Positions 1 through 5,870 of a stretch of 23,511 nt of DNA are shown piece by piece. Numbering within the stretch: the first letter of the stretch is position 1; each line of letters begins with the position of its first letter. The translations under genes and the position numbers were made by a program. Source of the DNA: Candidatus Hydrogenedentota bacterium (GTDB taxonomy: Bacteria > Hydrogenedentota > Hydrogenedentia > Hydrogenedentales > SLHB01); assembly GCA_045863295.1 (NCBI GenBank), contig BTWA01000059.1:1-23511 (forward strand), given 5' to 3'. The notes below the pieces were generated by a model. That model was not told the origin of the DNA. It did not search any database and saw only the letters and a program-made list of their open reading frames with translations.

Positions 1-32
1 TACAGGGCTTATGGATATGTGGTGTGGGTAAT

Positions 33-76
33 CCCAGGGCGTTGCCCTGGGCTGTACTGTTTTGGCCTTTCAGGCC
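33..76. repeat. REP-like palindromic element (CCCAGGGC-GTT-GCCCTGGG hairpin followed by a GGCC-TTTCA-GGCC mini-hairpin)
   Basis: Perfect 8-bp inverted repeat at 33-40/44-51 and a second short hairpin at 64-76. TACAGGGC at 1-8 looks like the tail of a related hairpin cut by the window edge. This type of element gives spurious 'PGRCPGL' translations. Confidence 0.65.
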
Positions 77-138
77 GTGTGTGGCGAAGAGGCGACCCTG
101 TCACGACAGGGATGTGTGTAAACGAAGACGGTTTTTAT

Positions 139-170
139 CCGCAGATGAACGCCGATGGGCGCAGATGGGA
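139..170 (+). repeat. 10-bp-period microrepeat (GCAGATGAAC / GCCGATGGGC / GCAGATGGGA)
   Basis: Three consecutive GC(A/C)GATG units at 141, 151 and 161. The reverse strand translates as 'HLRPSAFICG', typical of an intergenic repeat family often seen beside GxxExxY genes (recalled, not searched). Confidence 0.55.
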
Positions 171-186
171 TGGATTGAGGGGAGAC

Positions 187-616
187 GCCGATGGATGGGG
201 GTGTGTGTTTGAGGTGGCTGGTTTTTGGTGGGATGGTTGTGGGTGGTTGCGCGGGAGCAAGCTCCCTTGGGTAGGGCGGGAGCAAGCTTCCGCACTCCAT
301 AGTGGGAGCGGCTCCTTGTGCGGCGGGTGGAGTTCGTCGACGGATAGGGCCGATGGATGCGGGTGTGTTTGAGGTGGCTGGTTTTTTGTTGGGATGGTTT
401 TGGGTAGTTGTGCGGGAGCAAGCTCCCTTGGGTAAGGCGGGAGCAAGCTTCCGCACTCCATAGTGGGAGCGGCTCCTTGTGCGGCGGGTGGAGTTCGTCG
501 ACGGATAGGGCCGATGGATGCGGGTGTGTTTGAGGTGGCTGGTTTTTCGGTGGGATGGTTGTGGGTGGTTGTTCGGGAGCAAGCTCCCTTGGGTAAGGCG
601 GGAGCAAGCTCCTGCA
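187..616. repeat. Tandem array of a ~161-bp unit (187-348, 349-509, partial 510-616), each carrying REP-like GGGAGC-AA-GCTCCC palindromes
   Basis: GCCGATGGATG starts at 187, 349 and 510; GAGGTGGCTGG at 211, 371 and 532. Each full unit has GGGAGCAAGCTCCC, GCGGGAGCAAGCTTCCGCACTCCA and GGAGCGGCTCC hairpins. Copies are near identical apart from the G/T-rich segment. Confidence 0.92.
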
Positions 617-682
617 GGCCAGAGTTGAGCGCGCCGACCTGTTTGGAGCGAAATTCCTGGCCGGAGATGTGGGACGGTTTCA

Positions 683-711
683 TTGATTGGGTTGAGGGGG
701 ACCCTTATCCT
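683..711 (+). promoter_or_regulatory. Putative sigma70 promoter TTGATT-N17-TATCCT
   Basis: -35 at 683-688 and -10 at 706-711 with a 17-nt spacer. The predicted start falls at about the ATG at 719. Confidence 0.5.
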
Positions 712-718
712 TTGGGGC

Positions 719-1399
719 ATGAATCGGGACATTTCCACAACTCCTGCCGCTGGCCGCATGGCGTCACCGCCTTGGGTGATTGGGTATGTGGCGATTGTGT
801 TGGTGGTGGATACGCTGATTGCGCATCGGGTGACGATTCCGTTTCATTGGTCTGTGCTTCATTTCCAGCCGTATGGATTTGATGTCTTCAAGGCGGTGGC
901 TTGGTTGATTATTCCGTTGTGTCTTACGTTTCGGATGGCGCATTGGGATTGGTTTGGCGTGAAGCGGTGGCGCCGGTCCGACGTGGCTGTTCTGGCGGGG
1001 ATGGCGGCGATTGGGGCGCTAGCCGTATTGCTGATCAAATTCGTGCCGGGGTTGCGTGGCTTTTATCCGAGTTACGCAGGGATGCCTGCGCAGGCGAAGA
1101 TCGATTTCGCCGTGTTTTATGCGATTTGGTGGTTGTCCTGGTTGCCGGGTTGGGAATATATGCACCGGTTCTATTTGCTTGGCACGGTGAACGCGCGCTG
1201 GCCGGTGTGGGGGTGGATTCTGGTGCCTGTGTTCGAGGCGTTGTACCACCTGCAGAAACATCCCTTGGAGGCCGCGGGGATGTTTGCCATGGGCGTTGTG
1301 CTGACGTGGTGGGCACGCAAGCGGGAGAATGTGTTGCTTCCCTTCCTGGCGCATTTCCTTGTGGAAGCGGAATTGCTGGCGTTTCAGTTGTTGCTTTGA
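719..1399 (+). CDS. CPBP/Abi family (type II CAAX prenyl endopeptidase-like) intramembrane metalloprotease
   Basis: Multiple TM segments with motifs GWEYMHR (E-x-x-x-R), FEALYH (F-x-x-x-H) and LAHFLVE (H-x-x-x-N-like). Start is ATG 719 or ATG 758. Confidence 0.8.
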   Translation: MNRDISTTPAAGRMASPPWVIGYVAIVLVVDTLIAHRVTIPFHWSVLHFQPYGFDVFKAVAWLIIPLCLTFRMAHWDWFGVKRWRRSDVAVLAGMAAIGALAVLLIKFVPGLRGFYPSYAGMPAQAKIDFAVFYAIWWLSWLPGWEYMHRFYLLGTVNARWPVWGWILVPVFEALYHLQKHPLEAAGMFAMGVVLTWWARKRENVLLPFLAHFLVEAELLAFQLLL

Positions 1400-1597
1400 G
1401 GGCACGGGTGGGGATTCTTTTTGAAAACGGCTTTTGCGAATTGGGCATGTGCCTACTTGTTTGGTTTACCTTCACCCAAGTTCTCAAACAAGGGAGAGGG
1501 GTTTTTGCCGGGTGTTCCGCGCAACCGCTTCACCCCTTATTTAGGGCTCACATGAGATTGCCACACTCTTGTAACTTGACCGTTCTCGTCAACTGAA

Positions 1598-2185
1598 TCA
1601 GCACGTCTTTTCCTGATCCTCCGGGGGTCTTCGCGGCATGCACATGGCGTCGGAGAGCGCCTTCAACGTTATCTCCCAATCGGTTGTATCCGGTTCCCCT
1701 GGCAGGTCGTGTACATGCCATGAATGCAGTGCAACCTGTTCGCATAGTCTTTTTTCGTGGCGACTAAGATGTCCTTCGGTGATTTCAAGAAGTAATTGGA
1801 TTGCCGTACACCCGTTTGTTGTTGGGTCATCCAAGACAGTCTTCAGCGATTGGATTAACCAGAATCGGGCTTCGATCTGCTGTCCGGTTTTCCTGTACGC
1901 TTCGCCTATGCTGAGTTCAGTCACGTAACGCGAGTAGAGACTACCTTCAAGAAACGAAAGTGAATTGAGCAGCAGTTCGCGTTCTCTCCGATAATCTTCC
2001 TTGAGGTTCGCCAAGAGCGCGAGAAATTGGTACACTTCGTGCCGGATACTGAGTGGAACCTCTTCCGGCGAATACGTCTTCAGGATAGATTCATTCGCCT
2101 CGTCGTACATCCCTTCGTGTATCCGCCGACAGGCGTTTTGAAAATCTCGCTGCCACTGATCTTGGATATCATCAGGCGCATTCAA
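1598..2185 (-). CDS. Hypothetical alpha-helical (TPR-like) protein, 195 aa
   Basis: TTG start preceded by a GGAG Shine-Dalgarno, 13 nt downstream of the Rieske gene on the same strand. TPR-like segment SIGEAYRKTGQQIEARFWLIQSL. Confidence 0.7.
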   Translation of the reverse strand: MNAPDDIQDQWQRDFQNACRRIHEGMYDEANESILKTYSPEEVPLSIRHEVYQFLALLANLKEDYRRERELLLNSLSFLEGSLYSRYVTELSIGEAYRKTGQQIEARFWLIQSLKTVLDDPTTNGCTAIQLLLEITEGHLSRHEKRLCEQVALHSWHVHDLPGEPDTTDWEITLKALSDAMCMPRRPPEDQEKTC

Positions 2186-2198
2186 TTATGGTCTCCAT

Positions 2199-2528
2199 TC
2201 ATCCGCTTACCGGCAATAGGGTAACGTAAATGTCCTCTCCTTCGACCTTGACGCCGTAGGGTCTCAGGCAGGTGGAGTCGTGTGTGAGGCAGAGTCCGGT
2301 GCGGACATTGTATTTCCAGCCGTGCCTTGGGCAGGTGACGATGTCCCCGACGATGGGTCCGGTGGTGAGATCCCAGTTTTGGTGCTTGCAACTGTATTCG
2401 ATGGCGTAAAACCCGCCGTTGCCGTCGTTGAATACGGCGACGTTGCGTGCGAGGATTTTGAAGCGTTTGTAGCGCACCCCTTTCATCTCGTGGGTCGTCG
2501 TGAGCTTGACAAACTGCGGATCAGACAC
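2199..2528 (-). CDS. Rieske [2Fe-2S] ferredoxin (NirD/dioxygenase ferredoxin-like), ~109 aa
   Basis: C-x-H (CKH) and C-P-x-H-G-W-x-Y-x-x-x-T-G (CPRHGWKYNVRTG) motifs, with C-terminal YGVKVEGEDIYV. GTG start at 2528 preceded by AAAGGA. Confidence 0.9.
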   Translation of the reverse strand: MSDPQFVKLTTTHEMKGVRYKRFKILARNVAVFNDGNGGFYAIEYSCKHQNWDLTTGPIVGDIVTCPRHGWKYNVRTGLCLTHDSTCLRPYGVKVEGEDIYVTLLPVSG

Positions 2529-2570
2529 GGGTATTCCTTTCACTGGCAAGCATTTACCGCATGTTCCAAA

Positions 2571-2599
2571 TTGCGGAGCGCGCTTTCCGATGCTATGAT
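2571..2599 (+). promoter_or_regulatory. Putative sigma70 promoter TTGCGG-N17-TATGAT with extended -10 TG
   Basis: -35 at 2571-2576, TG at 2591-2592, -10 at 2594-2599. It lies upstream of the FHA-GGDEF operon. Confidence 0.5.
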
Positions 2600-2772
2600 A
2601 GGGGCCAATGGCCCGGTCTTGCGGCTCTTTTGCCGGAATAGAGAGATTAGCATACCTTTCGGCGCAGTTTCGGCACCGCCCCATGGGGTTCCGGCGGGCT
2701 GGCAGGCATGGGCTTGGCGTGCTATGACCGATGGGCTGAAATGAGAGTTTGTGGGCTATCTTAGGGATGGAC

Positions 2773-3696
2773 ATGAGCGAGCAACCGAAGAAAAAGGGCA
2801 ATACGACCCGGATTATCTTGCCGGAGGAGTTGGCCAAGCTGCGTGACGCGGCGCACGACCAGCGTCCGAGTCTGGTGGTACTTTCGGGGTGGGAAATTGG
2901 CCGTCAGATTCTGTTGGGGGATTCGGATGTCATTCTCGGGCGATCCGAGGAGGCGGATGTGCTTGTGAATCTGCTTTCGGTTTCCCGCCAACATGCGTTG
3001 ATAGAGCATATTTCCGATGGAAACGAAGACTATTACACGGTCACCGATCTCAAGAGCATGAACGGCACGTTGGTGAACAATGTGCCGGTCAGCGCAGCGC
3101 GCCTTAACGAGGGCGACAAGATTCAGTTGGGCGACGTGGTGTTCAAGTTCGGCATCCACGATCCGGTGGAGTCCCAGTTTCATGACGAGGTGCATCGACG
3201 GATTCACTATCACCACCTTACGGGTCTGCTGACGTTAGATTCGTTCAAGGTGCAGATGGATGAGATCGTGAGTCAGGTTGCGGGCACGGAACGTGTCTTT
3301 ACGCTTGCGATGACCGACCTTGACGGCCTGAAGAAGATCAACGATACGTACGGGCACGTGGTAGGGAGTCTGGTTATCTCCGAGATGGGGGCGATCATTC
3401 GCGGCACGCTTCGATCCAAGGATCGGGGCGGCATGTGGGGTGGCGATGAGACGATACTTCTTTTTCCCGATACTCCACTGGAGGCGGCGCGCGCGATGTC
3501 GGAGACTTTGCGCCAGAACATGGCGGCGCGTGAGTTCGAGTACGAGGGAAAGTTGTTCGGCGTGAGCATCAGCCAGGGATTGGCCGAATTTCCGAGGCAT
3601 GGTGCGACGCGCGAAGAAATCATCAGCGCGGCGGATGAGGCCTTGTATGCCGCCAAGAACGGCGGACGCAATTGCATCCGCATTGCCGGAGAATAG
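2773..3696 (+). CDS. FHA domain + GGDEF-family nucleotide cyclase (GGDET; Hypr-like D->S)
   Basis: FHA motifs LGR...VSRQHA...DLKSMNGT. GGDEF motifs DLDGLKKINDTYGHVVGS, RSKD I-site, GGDET, SISQG and ADEALYAAKNGGRN. Start is ATG 2773 (AGGGA upstream) or 2767. Confidence 0.93.
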   Translation: MSEQPKKKGNTTRIILPEELAKLRDAAHDQRPSLVVLSGWEIGRQILLGDSDVILGRSEEADVLVNLLSVSRQHALIEHISDGNEDYYTVTDLKSMNGTLVNNVPVSAARLNEGDKIQLGDVVFKFGIHDPVESQFHDEVHRRIHYHHLTGLLTLDSFKVQMDEIVSQVAGTERVFTLAMTDLDGLKKINDTYGHVVGSLVISEMGAIIRGTLRSKDRGGMWGGDETILLFPDTPLEAARAMSETLRQNMAAREFEYEGKLFGVSISQGLAEFPRHGATREEIISAADEALYAAKNGGRNCIRIAGE

Positions 3697-3698
3697 CG

Positions 3699-4478
3699 AT
3701 GTCCGGTATGGTCACGTTAACAACCGATTTTGGCATGCGGGATCCGTATGTTGCGGCGCTGAAAGGAGTGATCCAGGGTATCTCCCCCCGGCTGATGATC
3801 GTCGATCTAACGCATGAAATCGCGCCGCAGGATGTGCTGGAAGCATCGTTGTTCCTTGTGGGAGCGACGCCGTATTTTCCGAAAGAGACGGTGCATTGCG
3901 TCGTGATTGACCCTGGGGTGGGCACGGGCCGCCTTCCGCTTGCGGTCAAGCTGGAGCGGCATGTTGTCGTGTGTCCGGACAATGGCCTTTTGTCGCTGTT
4001 GATCCGGTTTAATCCGCTTGTGGAAGCGCGGGTGATTCAGAACCCGAAGCTCATGCGGGAGACCATCAGCGCGACGTTTCATGGGCGGGACATATTTGCT
4101 CCCGTGGCCGCCTATCTTGCGGCGGGTACGCCGTTTGAGGACGTCGGTGATGTGGTCGACACGATACAACTGTTGAGCATCCCTGAACCGCAGCAGTGCA
4201 CCGATGGCACGGTTTCCGGTCAGGTAATTCATATTGACCGATTTGGCAATGCCATCACAAACATTCACCGCCGGTTTTGCAGAGGCGATGCGATAAAGCG
4301 CCTGTCGGCCGGCGAAGTACGTTTGGAAGCGATTTGCCGAACCTATGCCGATGTCGAGCAGGGGGCGGCTCTTGCCCTATTTGGAAGTTCCGATCACCTC
4401 GAAATAGCTGTGAATCACGGGCGGTCCGATGAGAGGCTTTCTTTGAAGCGGGGCGATACCGTTGTACTTGAATGGTAG
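3699..4478 (+). CDS. SAM hydroxide adenosyltransferase (DUF62; SAM-dependent chlorinase/fluorinase family)
   Basis: Motifs TLTTDFG, DLTHEI, VIDPGVGTGR, PDNGLL, SATFHGRDIFAP, HIDRFGNAITN and LEIAVN. The Asp-Arg-His hydrolase triad is present. Confidence 0.93.
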   Translation: MSGMVTLTTDFGMRDPYVAALKGVIQGISPRLMIVDLTHEIAPQDVLEASLFLVGATPYFPKETVHCVVIDPGVGTGRLPLAVKLERHVVVCPDNGLLSLLIRFNPLVEARVIQNPKLMRETISATFHGRDIFAPVAAYLAAGTPFEDVGDVVDTIQLLSIPEPQQCTDGTVSGQVIHIDRFGNAITNIHRRFCRGDAIKRLSAGEVRLEAICRTYADVEQGAALALFGSSDHLEIAVNHGRSDERLSLKRGDTVVLEW

Positions 4479-4482
4479 TTGG

Positions 4483-5733
4483 ATGGAATCGATAACCGTA
4501 CACCCCCGTTCCCATTTGGATGCCACCGTTACCATTCCCGGTTCCAAGAGTTGCACGGCCCGCGCGATGGTCATGGCCGCGTTGTCTCCGGGTGTATCCA
4601 CTTTGCTTGAGCCGGCGGATTGCGATGACAGCGATTACATGTTATCGGGCTTGCGGGGTCTTGGCGTACCGGCGGAGAAAGATGCGGGGCGGGTCATCCT
4701 TCACGGCGGAGCGTTTGTTGCGCCTGCCTCTCCCCTTTTTCTGGGCAACTCCGGCACGGCGATGCGCTTTCTGGGTGCGGCGTGCGCCACGCTGGACGGT
4801 GAAGTCGTGCTTGACGGCACGGCGCGAATGCGCGAGCGGCCCATTCGTGATCTGGTGGACGCTTTGACCCTGTGGGGGGTGGCTGCGAGCACCGAGAACG
4901 CTTGCCCGCCGTTGCGAATCCGGTCGAGTGGGCGATTCGAGGGTACAACGCGTATCAAGGGCACGGCCAGCAGTCAATATCTGTCGGGATTGTTGATGGT
5001 GGCACCGTATGCCAGTGGGCGGGTTGAGATACTTGTGGAAGGGGAGCTTGTCTCCAAGCCGTACATTGACCTTACCCTTGCGATGATGGAGGAGCGGGGC
5101 GTTTCCGCGCGTCACGACGACTACCGGGTCTTTGAGGTTGCATCGGGCACTGCATACCGTCCGGGCACCTACGCGATCGAAGCGGATGCCTCCGGCGCCT
5201 CCTACTTCCTCGCGGCCGCAGCCATTGCCGGCGGGCGGGTGCGTGTGATGAATATCACCACGAAATCGGAGCAGGGCGATGCCCAATTCGTGCGAGTGTT
5301 GGGGCAGATGGGGTGCAGGATTTTGGAAGGGCCCGACTGGATTGAGGTGCAATCCGATGGCCGCCTTCGCGGGATCGATATTGATCTTAATGCGATGCCG
5401 GATATGGCCCAGACTCTTGCGGTTGCCGCTGCGTTTGCCGATGGCCCGACGCATATTCGCAATGTCGCGAATATGCGAATTAAAGAGACGGACCGGATAT
5501 CCGCCGTAGTGACTGAACTTCGAAAGCTGGGCGCCGACGTGGAGGAATTCGAGGACGGCATGCGTATCTCTCCGAGACCGCTTCACGGCGCGGAAATTGA
5601 CACGTACGACGATCACCGTATGGCGATGAGTTTTGCCATGGCCGGGCTGAGGGTGCCGGGGGTGGTTATTCGTGACCCGAAATGCGTTACGAAGACCTTC
5701 CCAGACTTCTTCGAGCGTTTCGGCCGACTTTGA
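4483..5733 (+). CDS. aroA: 3-phosphoshikimate 1-carboxyvinyltransferase (EPSP synthase)
   Basis: Motifs PGSKS, LGNSGTAMRFL, RMRERPI, SSQYLSGLL, SKPYIDLT, QGD, MPD, RIKETDRI, YDDHRMAMSF and KTFPDFF. Confidence 0.97.
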   Translation: MESITVHPRSHLDATVTIPGSKSCTARAMVMAALSPGVSTLLEPADCDDSDYMLSGLRGLGVPAEKDAGRVILHGGAFVAPASPLFLGNSGTAMRFLGAACATLDGEVVLDGTARMRERPIRDLVDALTLWGVAASTENACPPLRIRSSGRFEGTTRIKGTASSQYLSGLLMVAPYASGRVEILVEGELVSKPYIDLTLAMMEERGVSARHDDYRVFEVASGTAYRPGTYAIEADASGASYFLAAAAIAGGRVRVMNITTKSEQGDAQFVRVLGQMGCRILEGPDWIEVQSDGRLRGIDIDLNAMPDMAQTLAVAAAFADGPTHIRNVANMRIKETDRISAVVTELRKLGADVEEFEDGMRISPRPLHGAEIDTYDDHRMAMSFAMAGLRVPGVVIRDPKCVTKTFPDFFERFGRL

Positions 5734-5870
5734 ATGAATGAACCTCCCTTTCGTCCGATCCTTGGTGCTGTGTGAACTTTTTCCGGCAACCGGTGTTTCA
5801 TCCGGACATAGCTTGGCATTGGCTACAAACCCGTTGACGTTGTGCAGGGCCGATTTACACGTGGAGTACC

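Noticed and set aside
187..616. CRISPR array
   Set aside because: The whole ~161-bp unit is repeated, so there are no unique spacers. The period is far too long and there are no cas genes.
19..882. Several overlapping ORFs (19..372, 70..759, 101..607, 135..683, 463..882)
   Set aside because: They are translations of the repeat array in multiple frames (PGRCPGL, ECGSLLP, SAFICG), with low-complexity composition and no RBS or domain motifs.
1400..1597. GEMM (c-di-GMP/cGAMP) riboswitch or terminator in the convergent intergenic gap (minus-strand GGTAAACC...CGCAAAAGCC; CTTGTTTG/CAAACAAG inverted repeat)
   Set aside because: It lacks the GNRA-capped P2 stem and correct spacing, and lies 3' of both flanking genes. 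The inverted repeat has a long loop and no U-tract.
2600..2700. tRNA, tmRNA, SRP RNA or GEMM riboswitch in the divergent intergenic region
   Set aside because: No T-loop (GTTCRA), tmRNA 5' consensus or SRP GGAA loop motif is present, and the stem around GCC-GAAA-GGT is too weak.
2529..2837. N-terminal extension of the Rieske ORF to 212 aa
   Set aside because: It overlaps the divergent FHA-GGDEF start and promoter region. A clear AAAGGA RBS precedes GTG 2528, which gives a normal-sized ferredoxin.
3699..4478. Fluorinase/chlorinase (halogenase)
   Set aside because: The Asp-Arg-His triad of DUF62 hydrolases is present (VIDPG, GTGR, TFHG), the length fits the hydrolase group, and there are no halometabolite genes nearby.
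4738..4773. Glyphosate-resistance allele of aroA (GTAMRF instead of E. coli GTAMRP)
   Set aside because: Phe at this position is a common natural variant in many lineages, so it is not evidence of selection or novelty.
5834..5861. Promoter TTGACG...TACACG before the sulfatase-like gene
   Set aside because: The -35 is good, but the -10 lacks the conserved final T and the spacing is 16 nt, so support is insufficient.
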